A stretch of 64,000 bases of DNA, from assembly GCA_963743915.1 (NCBI GenBank), contig CAVURN010000001.1, positions 544,001 through 608,000 on the forward strand. Reading direction: 5' to 3'. Shown here piece after piece: positions 32,643 through 42,808 of the stretch; the first letter of the stretch is position 1; every line of letters begins with the position of its first letter. The notes under the pieces are model-generated. The model was not told the origin of the DNA, searched no databases, and saw only the letters and a program-made list of their open reading frames with translations. Source of the DNA: an uncultured Actinomycetota bacterium (GTDB lineage: Bacteria > Actinomycetota > Actinomycetes > JAHEKZ01). The position numbers and the translations under genes are program-made.

Positions 32643-34708
32643 TGTCCGAGTCCGAGGGCAGCCCGCGTCCGTCGCTCGACGCGCTGGAGGCTTTGTTCGC
32701 CCCGACCAGCGTGGCGGTCATCGGAGCCAGCGACGACATCCGCAAGTGGGGCAACTGGCTGGCCAAGGGCGCGCTCGCGGGCCCGGTCCCCGTGCACCTG
32801 GTGAATGCAAGGGCGGACACCGTCCTCGGCCGTCCCGCCGTCCCCTCGCTCGTCTCTGCAGGCCTGCGGACCGATCTCGCCGTCGTGGCGGTACCCGCCT
32901 CGGCGTTCGAGTCGGCGGTGGACGACGCGCTCGCGGCGGGCGCGCGAGCCATCGTCGGCATCAGTGCCGGACTGGGCGAGGCCGGAGCGGAGGGCAAGGC
33001 TCGCGAAGAGGCGGTGGTTGCGCGGGTACGTGCGGCGGGTGCGGTGCTGCTCGGCCCGAACTGCCTGGGGGTGTCCGATGCCGCAGCGGGACTCTCGCTC
33101 ACGTCCAACCCGCTCCCGCCCGGCGACGTGGCCTTCATCTCGCAGAGCGGCAACCTGTCGCTCGAGCTCGCGCAGCTGCTCGAGGCGCACGACCTGGGCT
33201 TCTCGCGCTTCGCCAGCCTCGGCAACCAGGCCCACGTCGACGCCGCCGACCTGGTCGAGGCCACAGCGTCACACGCGGCGACGAAAGTGGTCGCGGTCTA
33301 CTGCGAGGACTTCCGCGACGGACGCCGGTTCGCGCAGGCTGCCCTCGACGCACGGGCCGCCGGCAAGCCTGTCGTCCTGCTCACGGTCGGCGCCAGCGAG
33401 GCATCCGCCCGCCAGGCCTCCTCGCACACCGCATCGTTGGTCTCGTCCTCCGACGTGGTCGACGCCGCGTGCTCGGCCGGTGGCATCGTGCGGGTGCACA
33501 CGCCGTCGCAGATGGCCGAGGCGGTGGCGTTGCTCCGGGAGAGTCCGCTGGCTCTCGGACGCCGGGTCGCGATCATCACCGACGGCGGCGGTCACGCGTC
33601 CATCGCCGCCGACGTCGCCCATCTGCGCGGGCTCGACGTCGTGCACTTCAGCGAGCAGCTGGCATCGACGGTCGCCGCCGAGCTGCCGCCCGCAGCCACC
33701 AGCGTCAACCCGATCGACGTCGCCGGCGGGGGCGAGCAGGACCTCTCGTGCTTCGGCCGGATCATCTCGTCGGTCCTCGCGAGCGGCGAGGTCGACGCGA
33801 TGGTGGTGAGCGGCTACTTCGGCGGGTACGGCCAGTACGGCGAGGCGCTGGCCGATCTCGAGGTCGAGACGGCCGGCGCGATGGCCGACGCCGTGCAGTC
33901 CTCGGGCCGACCGCTGGTCGTCCACTCGATGTTCCCCTCCAGCGCTGCTGCCACGCGCCTGCGTTCGCGCGGAGTGCCGGTGTACCGGACCATCGAAGGT
34001 GCCTTGGACGCACTTGGGCAGACGGCCGGAACCGGCCCGACCGGGCTGGTCGAGCTGCCCGTGGGGGCGACGCCGCTGGCCGACTTCGGGTACTGGTCGG
34101 TGCGCGACCTGCTGAAGGGCTCCGGGGTCCGCTTTCCCGACGCGCACCTGATCGCGTCCACCGACGAGCTCGAGGCCGCCCTGCCTCAGATCACCTTCCC
34201 TGTCGTGCTCAAGGCGATGGGTCTGCTGCACAAGAGCGACGTCGGGGGAGTGCGCCTCGGCGTCACTGACGCCGAGCAGCTGCGGGCCGAGTACCGCACG
34301 ATGGTCGAGCAGCTGAGCCCGCCGGCCGTGACGATCGAGCAGATGCTGGACACCTCGAGCGGTGTCGAGCTGATCGTCGGCGTGCGACGCGACGAGAGGT
34401 TCGGACCGGTGGCCATGGTGGGTATCGGCGGCGTCCTGACCGAGGTGCTCGACGACGTCGCGACGGCGCTGGCGCCGGTCGATGCCGCACGGGCAGGCGA
34501 GCTGCTGCTGTCCCTGCGGTCGGCAGCGCTCCTCACCGGGGTACGAGGTCGGTCGCCCGTCGACCTGGTCGCGCTCGCCGAGCAGGTGGCGCTGATCACC
34601 CGACTGGCCTGTGCGCATCCCGAGGTCGTCGATCTCGAGGTGAACCCGCTCCTCGCCACCGCCGAGGGTGCGGTGGCGCTCGACGCACGAGCGGTCGCCG
34701 TTCCGTAG
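32642..34708 (+). CDS. ADP-forming acyl-CoA synthetase (acetate--CoA ligase family, fused alpha/beta)
   Basis: SVAVIGAS, GPNCLG, SQSG, SHTAS (phospho-His), NPIDV, HKSDVGGV, LEVNPL. Confidence 0.9.
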   Translation: MSESEGSPRPSLDALEALFAPTSVAVIGASDDIRKWGNWLAKGALAGPVPVHLVNARADTVLGRPAVPSLVSAGLRTDLAVVAVPASAFESAVDDALAAGARAIVGISAGLGEAGAEGKAREEAVVARVRAAGAVLLGPNCLGVSDAAAGLSLTSNPLPPGDVAFISQSGNLSLELAQLLEAHDLGFSRFASLGNQAHVDAADLVEATASHAATKVVAVYCEDFRDGRRFAQAALDARAAGKPVVLLTVGASEASARQASSHTASLVSSSDVVDAACSAGGIVRVHTPSQMAEAVALLRESPLALGRRVAIITDGGGHASIAADVAHLRGLDVVHFSEQLASTVAAELPPAATSVNPIDVAGGGEQDLSCFGRIISSVLASGEVDAMVVSGYFGGYGQYGEALADLEVETAGAMADAVQSSGRPLVVHSMFPSSAAATRLRSRGVPVYRTIEGALDALGQTAGTGPTGLVELPVGATPLADFGYWSVRDLLKGSGVRFPDAHLIASTDELEAALPQITFPVVLKAMGLLHKSDVGGVRLGVTDAEQLRAEYRTMVEQLSPPAVTIEQMLDTSSGVELIVGVRRDERFGPVAMVGIGGVLTEVLDDVATALAPVDAARAGELLLSLRSAALLTGVRGRSPVDLVALAEQVALITRLACAHPEVVDLEVNPLLATAEGAVALDARAVAVP

Positions 34709-34774
34709 ACGTCGGCGGACGAGAGCCCGCACCACCACCACCACTGCCACCACCACCGAGGGGACCTCACTGTC

Positions 34775-35947
34775 ATGGACTTCCGCTACACCCCGGACCA
34801 GCAGGCGCTGATCGCCCGCGTCCGCGAGCTCTACGAGTTCATCAAGCCGTACGAGCTCGAGTGCGAGTGGGACAACGGCCTGTCCGCCGACGCGCATGCG
34901 CGCATTCGGCAGGCCGTCCTGGACGCCGACCTGCAGGCGGTCAACATGCCGCGTGAGTGGGGCGGTGCCGGTCTCACCACGATGGAGCAGATCCTGTACC
35001 ACGAGACGTTGGGACGGTTGACCAACGCGTTGTGGGACACCGTGTGGCGCCCGGCCAACGCACTCAAGGCCTGCACGCCGCAGCAGCGTGAGCGCTACCT
35101 GCTGCCCGGTATCCGGGGTGAGCGACGCGATGCCATCGCGGTCACCGAGGAGTACGCCGGCTCGGACCCGTTGGCGATGACCACCACGGCCAAGCGGGTC
35201 GGCGACACCTTCGTGATCAACGGGGAGAAGTGGTTCGTGACCGTCGGAGACGTCGCCGACTTCATCCTCACGCTCGCCTGGGTCGACGAGGAGCCGACGC
35301 TGTTCATCGTCGACGCTGATGCGCCGGGACTGTCGGTCAAGCGCGTGCCCAAGTACACCCACACCTTCGTGTACGAGCACCCCGAGTTCGTCTACGAGGA
35401 CGTCGAGGTCGGGCCCGAGCAGATCCTCGGCGAGATCGGCCAGGGCTACGACCTGATCCGCGACTGGTTCGTCGAGGAGCGGCTGATGATCGGCGCACGC
35501 ACGGTCGGGGCGGCGTCCCGCGCGATCGAGGAGTCGGTCGACTTCGCGACCAACCGCATCCAGGGCGGCGGCCCACTGGTCAACCACCAGCTGATCCAGG
35601 CGATGCTCGCCGACATGGTCGTCGACACCACGGGAGCGCGCACGCTGGTGTACCAGGTGGGGTGCGAGATCGACAGCGGCGAGCTGGACCGCAAGACGCT
35701 GCACGCCAAGGCGGCGGTCGTGAAGCTGGCGGCGTCCGAGGCGGCCGGTCGCGTGGTCGACCGCGCCGTGCAGATCCACGGCGGACGCGGGTACATGCGC
35801 GACTACCCGGTGGAGCGCCTCTACCGCGAGCTGCGGGTCGACCGGGTGTGGGAGGGCACCTCGGAGATCCAGCGGCTCATCATCGGCAACGAGATCGCCA
35901 AGCGCGGGGTGGGCGCCCTGCTCGCTTTCCCAGGCTCCGCCGCCTGA
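34775..35947 (+). CDS. Acyl-CoA dehydrogenase
   Basis: AVTEEYAGSD, NGEKWFVT, QIHGGRGY, EGTSEIQR. Confidence 0.92.
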   Translation: MDFRYTPDQQALIARVRELYEFIKPYELECEWDNGLSADAHARIRQAVLDADLQAVNMPREWGGAGLTTMEQILYHETLGRLTNALWDTVWRPANALKACTPQQRERYLLPGIRGERRDAIAVTEEYAGSDPLAMTTTAKRVGDTFVINGEKWFVTVGDVADFILTLAWVDEEPTLFIVDADAPGLSVKRVPKYTHTFVYEHPEFVYEDVEVGPEQILGEIGQGYDLIRDWFVEERLMIGARTVGAASRAIEESVDFATNRIQGGGPLVNHQLIQAMLADMVVDTTGARTLVYQVGCEIDSGELDRKTLHAKAAVVKLAASEAAGRVVDRAVQIHGGRGYMRDYPVERLYRELRVDRVWEGTSEIQRLIIGNEIAKRGVGALLAFPGSAA

Positions 35948-35975
35948 GGGTCGGGTCGGGTGGCGCCGCGCGGTC

Positions 35976-36827
35976 TCACGCCGCCGGAGTGCGCTGACGC
36001 AGGACGGGGAAGTGGGGGTCATCCAGAGGCAGACCGAGCTCGAGCGACAGACCGAGCGGTGTGAAGTCCGGCGAGCAGACCCACTCGCGCGGTGCGTGCA
36101 CCATGTCGTCCCCCAGGAAGCGCAGGGAGAAGGCCCGCCGCCGGTGGGTTCCAGGAACGCCGTACGCGTGGTGCAGCGTCAGCATGTGGAAGAAGACGGC
36201 GTCGCCCGGCTGCATGGCCCATCCGCGGATGTCGTACGACGCGCGGTCGGCTTCGATGTCGGGCAGCTCCTCGAGCGAACCCTCCGGGAACCACTTGGCC
36301 TGCGCGTCCATGAAGGTGCGCGGCATCCGCCACCCCTCGCGGTGTGAGCCGGCGAGGAACTCCAGTGTCGACTCCGGGGCCACCGGGTCGACAGGTGCCC
36401 ACAGGGAACAGTTCATCCATCCTTCGACGTCGTAGTACGGCTGGTCCTGGTGCCACGGTGTCGGCTGCTGCGTCCTAGGCTCCTTCACCAGCATGTGGTC
36501 GTGGTACAGGCGCACCTCGTCGGACCCCATCAGCGCCCCGGCGACGTCCGCCGCTCGCGACTCGAAGGCGACCTGCCGGTACTCGTCGATGCGTTGCCAG
36601 TTGCAGAAGTCCTCGACGAACCTCCCGGGGTCGTCGTCGCGGCTGGCCACCTTGAACAGGGGGCCGGGATCGGCGAGGTTGCGCTCGATGCCGCGTGCGA
36701 TGGTCGCGACCTCGCCCGCGGTGAACAGCCCACGCACGACCGTCGCTCCGTCGCGACGGAACTGCTCGATCTGGTCGGTGGCGACGACGCCATCGGCGAG
36801 TGGACGAGGGGCAGGGGTGGGGGCCAT
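35976..36827 (-). CDS. Phytanoyl-CoA dioxygenase family (Fe/2OG) protein
   Basis: TPWHQD (HxD), GSH, PGDAVFFH..TLH, RRAFS. Confidence 0.88.
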   Translation of the reverse strand: MAPTPAPRPLADGVVATDQIEQFRRDGATVVRGLFTAGEVATIARGIERNLADPGPLFKVASRDDDPGRFVEDFCNWQRIDEYRQVAFESRAADVAGALMGSDEVRLYHDHMLVKEPRTQQPTPWHQDQPYYDVEGWMNCSLWAPVDPVAPESTLEFLAGSHREGWRMPRTFMDAQAKWFPEGSLEELPDIEADRASYDIRGWAMQPGDAVFFHMLTLHHAYGVPGTHRRRAFSLRFLGDDMVHAPREWVCSPDFTPLGLSLELGLPLDDPHFPVLRQRTPAA

Positions 36828-36838
36828 ACGAGCTCCAG

Positions 36839-37252
36839 CTAGAAGTCGATGCTGGCGGCGCGGTCGGCGTCCATCTCGGCGGTGATCGCCGCGATCTCGT
36901 CAGCAGTCAGGGGTCGCGAGCGTCCCGTCTCGGTGTCGCGCGGCACGACGACGGCCCCGCCCTCGGAGCAGAGCGTGCCGTCGCGCTTGTGCACGACCTC
37001 GCGGCTGCGGACGCTCGACGTGCCGAAGCCGAGCACTCGGCTGGACACGACGACCTCGCCGTCGTCCTGCGTGACCTCGTTGCGGAAGTCGATGTCGACG
37101 TGCGCGAGCACGAAGTCGAGAGCTTCGGGACCGAAGAGGCCGACCATCAGGGTGTCGCGCGCCTCTTCGAGGTAGTTGAGGTAGATCGCGTTGTTGACGT
37201 GCTGGTAGGCGTCCATGTCGGCCCACCGCACGCGCAAGGTCACCTGTCTCAC
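36839..37252 (-). CDS. Acyl-CoA thioesterase (4HBT/YbgC hot-dog fold)
   Basis: RWADMDAYQHVNNAIYLNYLEEAR. Confidence 0.9.
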   Translation of the reverse strand: MRQVTLRVRWADMDAYQHVNNAIYLNYLEEARDTLMVGLFGPEALDFVLAHVDIDFRNEVTQDDGEVVVSSRVLGFGTSSVRSREVVHKRDGTLCSEGGAVVVPRDTETGRSRPLTADEIAAITAEMDADRAASIDF

Positions 37253-37262
37253 GGCGCCGACC

Positions 37263-38180
37263 CTAGTGGTCCGGAACGTCGCTCAGGGTGCGGAGCTGGA
37301 CGGCCATCGCCGCGATGTCGTCCGGGGTGACCCGGCAGCAGCCGCCGACGAGGCGCGCACCCTCGTTCACCCAGCGGTCGACGGGGAAGTGCGGTGACTC
37401 GTCCGTGGCGACCCACGTGCGGCTCACGGCGTCCCATCCCTCCCCGCTGTTCGGGTACACCACGACGGGGCGCCCGCCCACCCGGTGAGCGAGGGGCACC
37501 GCCTCGGTGGCGTCGCGCGGCGTCGAGCAGTTGACGCCGACGGCGACGACCTCTGCCACGTCGTCGACCATCGCGAGGACATCGGCCAGCGGTTCACCGG
37601 CGCGGGTACGGTCCCCGGTGATCGACACCGACACCCAGCAGTCGATCCCGGTGCCGTCGACCTCGGCGAGAACCGCCTCGAGCTCCGCCGCGCAGGGGAT
37701 GGTCTCGAAGGCCAGCACGTCGGCGCCCGCGTCGGCCAGGACCTCGAGGCGTGGGTGGTGGAAGGCGCGCAGCTCGTCGACGGTGAGTCCGTAGCGGCCG
37801 TGGTACTCCGAGCCGTCGGCGAGCATGGCGCCGTAGGGGCCGGCGGACGCCGCCACCCACGTCGGTCGGTCGCTGACTTCGTCCGCCGCTTGCCGCGCGA
37901 GCGCCACGGAGCGACGCATCAAGGACGCTGTCGTCTCCCCGTCGATCCCGTGCGCGCCGAACCCGTCGAAGGTCGCCTGGTAGGACGCCGTGGTCGCCAC
38001 GTCGGAGCCTGCCGCGAAGAAGGCCCGATGCGCCTCGACGATCGCGTCGGGTGCATCCACGAGCAGCTGCGCCGACCAGAGGTCGCCGGAGATGTCGTGA
38101 CCGAGCAGCTCGAGCGTGGTGGAGAGCCCACCGTCGAGCAGCACGACCCGGTCCGCGACGGTCTGACGGAGGCTGCTCAC
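37263..38180 (-). CDS. mmuM: Homocysteine S-methyltransferase
   Basis: LDGGL, LWSA, TASYQA, GPYGAMLADGSEY, ETIP, GVNC, YPNSGE, GGCC. Confidence 0.92.
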   Translation of the reverse strand: MSSLRQTVADRVVLLDGGLSTTLELLGHDISGDLWSAQLLVDAPDAIVEAHRAFFAAGSDVATTASYQATFDGFGAHGIDGETTASLMRRSVALARQAADEVSDRPTWVAASAGPYGAMLADGSEYHGRYGLTVDELRAFHHPRLEVLADAGADVLAFETIPCAAELEAVLAEVDGTGIDCWVSVSITGDRTRAGEPLADVLAMVDDVAEVVAVGVNCSTPRDATEAVPLAHRVGGRPVVVYPNSGEGWDAVSRTWVATDESPHFPVDRWVNEGARLVGGCCRVTPDDIAAMAVQLRTLSDVPDH

Positions 38181-38204
38181 CCCTTGACGATACGGAGCAT
38201 GCGG

Positions 38205-39260
38205 TCAGTGTCGGTGCTCCGACCCCGCCTCCCACTCGGCGCGGGCCTGGTCGTAGATGCGTTGGAGCGTGGGGTCGGGGTGTCGACCTGCGTCACGCGC
38301 CGCCCGGTACGCGGCCGCCTCGCGGGCGCGGTCGGCAAGCCGATCCTCCACCTGGTGCGAGTGGTCGGGGTGGTCGGCCAGCACGAACGACGGGATCGCG
38401 TCGCGCAGCGTCGCGGCGGTCTCGACGGTGCCGGCGGCGCGTCCCGGTGTCCTCCGACTCCGTGGGGTGTAGGGCCACCAGACGTGCAGGGCGTCACCGG
38501 CGATGGTGACGGCGGCGTCCTCGGGGACCCGGTCGAGGATGAGGGCGGTCAGGTGGGGGGCGAGGACGTCGGACGCGAACCGGGTGTCGGCCGCGTGCAC
38601 GGTGTGACGGTCGGCGAACGCGAGGGACTCAGTGCCCCAGCGGGTGCCGGGATCGTCGGCACCCCTGCCGCTCGTCGGCATGATGGCGAGCTCGGGCAGC
38701 CAGCTGCCACCGACCTTGGCCAGGCCGCCCACCCACCGGGTGACCCCCGGCGGTGGTTCGGGCAGGGTCGAGGTGAGGTCGGTGCGGCTCGAAGCCGGCG
38801 CCACCGCGTCAGCAACAGCATCGGCCACCTCGCGCGACAGTCCGACCACGAGGTCGGACAGCACGCCGTCGATCCCGGTCGCCGTGGCGAGCGCATCGGC
38901 GCCGAGCAGCTGGCCGTTCGGTCCCACCTCTCCGACGCCGAGGTCCGGTTCGGGCGCGTACTGACTCAGCACGGCGACGCTGGCGGCATCACCTCCGTCG
39001 GGACTGGCGCACCACAGCAGCGTGCGGCGTCGACCCCTTGACGTCCCCGAGGCGCCACGGGTGCAGCGTCGGCAGCGCGCCGACGGTTCTCAGCACCGCG
39101 CTGTGCGCCCAGAGATCGACCAGGCCGCCGGCCGACGACCACGCTCCCGCCCAGCACGGGCTGGCGTCCGGTGGCAGCATCTCGGTCCTTGGGTCCTCGG
39201 CGAAGGGCTCTCGGGTGAGTAGTCGTCATCGGCGCCCACCGGCTTGACGACGGCGGTACG
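38205..39260 (-). CDS. Hypothetical protein; 5' part broken by frameshifts, start uncertain
   Basis: 255-aa coding-like ORF 38205-38972, continued upstream in other frames (MLPPDASPCWAGAW...). Confidence 0.5.
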
Positions 39261-39268
39261 GTCACCGC

Positions 39269-40046
39269 GTGTCCACCCCACCTTCGACGACCTTCGAGGC
39301 GCATCCGGTGGCACCAGGAGCCGGACTCGGCACCGTGCTCGGGATCTGGGCGCACCCGGACGACGAGGCCTACCTGTCCTCAGGACTCATGGCGCAGGCG
39401 GTCGCGGCCGGGTCCCGGGTGGTCTGCGTCACGGCGACGCGCGGCGAGGGGGGCTCGCTCGACCCGGTGCGATGGCCCTCGGAGACTCTTGGCGACGTCC
39501 GTGCCGACGAGCTGCAGACGCTGCCTCACCATGCTCGGCGTCACCGAGCACGTCTTCCTCGACCTGCCGGACGTCGACTGGCACACGCCGCTGCCCGAGC
39601 GCGGGGCGACGGCGGTGGCCGAGCTGATGCGGGACGTGGCGCCCGACACGGTGCTGACCTTCGGACCGGACGGCATCACCAACCACGAGGGCCACAAGTC
39701 GGTGAGCGCCTGGGCCACGGACGCCTTCGTCGCGCACGCGCCGGCCGGCGCGTCCCTGTACTACTCGGCCTACTCGCGAGAGTGGGGGGAGGCTTTCCTT
39801 CCGCACCTGCGGGAGCTGGGCGCCTTCCGGGACGGTGCTGAACCTCCGGTCGTCGACGACGACGAGCTCATCCTCGACCTGCAGCTCGACGCGGAGCTGC
39901 TCGCGCTCAAGGTGGCCGCCATCCGTCAGCACGAGAGCCAGATCGCCGGCCTCGAGGAGGCCTTCGGTGCGGACCGATGGTCGCAGGCGATGAGCCGGGA
40001 GTCGTTCCGTCTGGCCCACCGGCGGGACGTGGGGGGCCCGTCGTGA
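39269..40046 (+). CDS. PIG-L/MshB-like N-deacetylase; frameshift near 39520
   Basis: AHPDDE, ATRGE, DGITNHEGH, HESQ. Confidence 0.85.
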
Positions 40047-40766
40047 GCGGCTGGTTCGGCCTGCTGGGGTCGGGGGAGTTCCAGCCGTGGTCGGGCGAGG
40101 TGGACGAGTGGGTGCTGAGTCGGGTGACCGGCGACGGCCGGGTACTGGTACTGCCCACCGCCTCCGCCCCGGAGGGTGATGAGGTCTTCAGCCGCTGGGC
40201 GACCAGCGGGCTGGAGCACTTCGCCGCAGCGGGTGTGCCGGCGGAGCTGCTCGACGTGCGTGACCGCACGGATGCCGAGGACGTGGGGCTCGCCGACCGT
40301 GTGGTCGGTGCCTCGGTCGTGTACTTCTCGGGCGGCAACCCCGTGCACCTCGCGAACACGCTGGCTGAGACCGCACTCTGGCGAGCCGTGCCAGAGTGGT
40401 CTCGACCGTGGAATGGGCTACATCGGATGCAGCGCGGGAATGGCGTGCCTCGGGCGCAAGGCACCGGACAGCACCGTCGACCACCTCGGGCCCGAGCTGT
40501 GGCAGCAGGGTCTGGGGCTGTTCCCGAGGGCGTGGCTGGGACCGCACTGGGACGTCCTGGAGCACTTCTTGCCTGGCATCGTCGACCACCTGACCCAGAC
40601 CGTCCCGGCCGACGACGAGCTGGTCGGCATCGACGAGCAGACGGCGATGGTGGGCGACGGGGAGCAGTGGCAGGTCGTCGGACGCGGGGGCGTCCACGTG
40701 CGGCACGGCCGGGAGTGGAGTCGGCACGGTGCGGGCGAGACGGTGTCGGTCAGCCTCAGCTCGTAG
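40043..40766 (+). CDS. Peptidase S51 (PepE/cyanophycinase-like); frameshift near 40395
   Basis: LGSGEF, LPTASAPEG, YFSGGNP, GCSAG nucleophile, PHWD, GIDEQTA. Confidence 0.82.
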
Positions 40767-40776
40767 CCGGCGTCGA

Positions 40777-41004
40777 TCAGCGCGCGGGAGCGGGAACCCG
40801 GCTCACCCGGCAGGTCTCGTGCTGCAGCAAGCCATAGGCGTTGCGCCGGACGAAGTCGTGCGGGTCGATCCAGACCAGGCAACGCGGGCAGATCGCGTCC
40901 GCGTCGACGTGCAGCGACGCGTCGCGCGGCCCGCCCGGTGGTGCAGCGTCGATGACGGCGGGCAGCAGGCTCTGGTTGACACCGTCGAGCGCCCGTCGTC
41001 CCAT
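40777..41004 (-). CDS. Small protein with CxxC...HxxC motif
   Basis: ICPRCLVWIDPHDFVRRNAYGLLQHETC; about 75 aa. Confidence 0.6.
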   Translation of the reverse strand: MGRRALDGVNQSLLPAVIDAAPPGGPRDASLHVDADAICPRCLVWIDPHDFVRRNAYGLLQHETCRVSRVPAPAR

Positions 41005-41057
41005 CGCCCCACGGTAGCCGCGTCGCGCACCCTGGGACGTCGCGCTTTGGTCACGTT

Positions 41058-41132
41058 TGGTGCCCCCGGCAGGATTCGAACCTGCGCACACGGCTCCGGA
41101 GGCCGATGCTCTATCCCCTGAGCTACGGGGGC
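41058..41132 (-). tRNA. tRNA-Arg(CCG)
   Basis: GCCCCCGTAGCTCAGGGGATAGAGCATCGGCCTCCGGAGCCGTGTGCGCAGGTTCGAATCCTGCCGGGGGCACCA; CCA encoded. Confidence 0.97.
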
Positions 41133-41275
41133 GGGGACCGGAGGAATCTATCAGCGGACGGCGCTCTCGCCGTGGGCGCCCTGAGCCGGCGGAGACCGCC
41201 CAGGGCCGAAATTGCCGTGCCGCACGCGGCCCAGGGATGACACGCTCTTCCCCTCAGAGCGAGAGATGGGGTCGC

Positions 41276-42022
41276 GTGGACGTCGAGTGGCACGAGGTCG
41301 AGGGTCGCGGGCGGGTGGTGGGCCGCTACCAGGTCTATCGCTCCGACCCGCCGACCGCTGATCTCTTCGAGGTCGTCGGCCCCGTCGAGGACGCCGTCGA
41401 GGCGATCTTCGACCAGCTGGCAGGGTGGCTGGTGGCCACCGCCGACGACGCGCTGGCGGATGCCTTGATCCGCCGGGGAGCGGAGCAGAAGCGCCACTCC
41501 CATGTCATGTCGAAGGTTCTGACCGACGGCGAGGCGACGCCCGACTGGTCGCTGCCGTGGACACTCGAGGCGATCGACGCGTCCACCCGGTTCGGCCCGG
41601 AGGTCGTGCCACTGATCCGGCGCGCGTATCCCGCTGAGCACCCGGACGCCGAGGAAGGTTCCGACAGCGAGATCGTCGAGGACATCCACGCCCGGCTCGC
41701 CGGCGAACGACTGGGCCCGCACCTGGTCGGCAGCGCCGTGGCGCGGGACGGGGGGCGTCCGATCGGGCTGATCATCGTGAACCGGGTGCCGGGCGAGCCG
41801 CCCTTCGCAGGGCCGTGGATCAGCGACGTCTGCCGAGATCCCGACCCGCCGTACCGGGGGGTCGGCCGGGCCCTGCTCGAGTACGCCATTGGCCGCGTTC
41901 AGGAGGCGGGCGAGACAGGGCTCTCGCTGGCGGTCACCGTGGGCAACCCCGCGCAGCGCGTGTATGAGCGCCTCGGGTTCGTCATCGCGACGACGTCCCG
42001 CAAGGTGCACATCCCGGAGTAG
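41276..42022 (+). CDS. GNAT N-acetyltransferase; start uncertain
   Basis: WISDVCRDP..YRGVGRALL, LAVTVGNPAQRVYERLGF. Confidence 0.85.
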   Translation: MDVEWHEVEGRGRVVGRYQVYRSDPPTADLFEVVGPVEDAVEAIFDQLAGWLVATADDALADALIRRGAEQKRHSHVMSKVLTDGEATPDWSLPWTLEAIDASTRFGPEVVPLIRRAYPAEHPDAEEGSDSEIVEDIHARLAGERLGPHLVGSAVARDGGRPIGLIIVNRVPGEPPFAGPWISDVCRDPDPPYRGVGRALLEYAIGRVQEAGETGLSLAVTVGNPAQRVYERLGFVIATTSRKVHIPE

Positions 42023-42101
42023 GGCACCTGGGTGGCGGCTCGGGCGGGCGCGGCGCCGTCGGGTTACAGTCGCTCGGACCACCCGGTTCAAGGAGTCGTC
42101 C

Positions 42102-42716
42102 ATGGGGTCCAACGCCCAGCGTCGCCGCGAGGCGCGTGAGCAGAAGGTGTCCGAGCTGCGGCAGCAGGAGCGGGCCCGCGAACGACGCTCGTCCACGTTG
42201 CTGTCGGCCGGGCTCGTCATCGTGGTGGTGCTGGCGTTCGGCGGCGTCTGGTGGGCCGTGCAGGCTGGAACCGAGGACCCGACGCCGGGGGCACTCGAGG
42301 ACGTCGCTGCCTACGAGTACGAACCGAGCAAACACACCGACCAGCCCGTGGACTATGCAGAGAGTCCGCCGGTGGGCGGGGAGCACAACCCGTTCTGGCT
42401 CGCCTGCGACTTCTACGACGAGCCGGTGCCCGACGAGAAGGCCGTGCACTCCCTCGAGCACGGTGCGGTCTGGGTCACCTACGACCCGGGGCTGCCGGAC
42501 GGTGAGATCGAGGCCCTGAAGGACCGTCTCGACAAGAACTACCTGCTCCTCTCGCCCTACGAGGGCCAGGAGGCCCCCGTCGTCGCCACGGCCTGGAACC
42601 ACCAGCTCGCGCTGGACGGCGTCGACGACCCGCGGCTCGACGACTTCGTGAACGAGTTCCGCCAAGGACCGCAGACGCCGGAACCCGGCGCGTCCTGCGA
42701 GGACCCCCGGGCCTGA
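42102..42716 (+). CDS. DUF3105 domain membrane-anchored protein
   Basis: SPPVGGEH, AVHSLEHGAVWVTY, TAW, PEPGASC; N-terminal TM; AAGGAG RBS. Confidence 0.88.
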   Translation: MGSNAQRRREAREQKVSELRQQERARERRSSTLLSAGLVIVVVLAFGGVWWAVQAGTEDPTPGALEDVAAYEYEPSKHTDQPVDYAESPPVGGEHNPFWLACDFYDEPVPDEKAVHSLEHGAVWVTYDPGLPDGEIEALKDRLDKNYLLLSPYEGQEAPVVATAWNHQLALDGVDDPRLDDFVNEFRQGPQTPEPGASCEDPRA

Positions 42717-42761
42717 CCGGCGCGCGAGCCGGCTTGCCGATGCCGGACCGTTACCGCAGTT

Positions 42762-42785
42762 TTCACTGAATGGTCGACCAGTGAA
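42762..42785. promoter_or_regulatory. Putative operator upstream of the GcvT-family gene
   Basis: TTCACTG-N10-CAGTGAA with nested TGGTCGACCA palindrome. Confidence 0.4.
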
Positions 42786-42808
42786 CGCGGACGTGGCAGG
42801 CTGCCTCC

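Noticed and set aside
34730-34758. (CAC)n run suggesting a His- or Trp-rich leader peptide
   Set aside because: No start codon in the short spacer; more likely an A/C-rich stretch before the RBS
41058-41132. tRNA-Arg as the attachment site of an integrated element
   Set aside because: No integrase and no duplicated tRNA 3' end seen in the window
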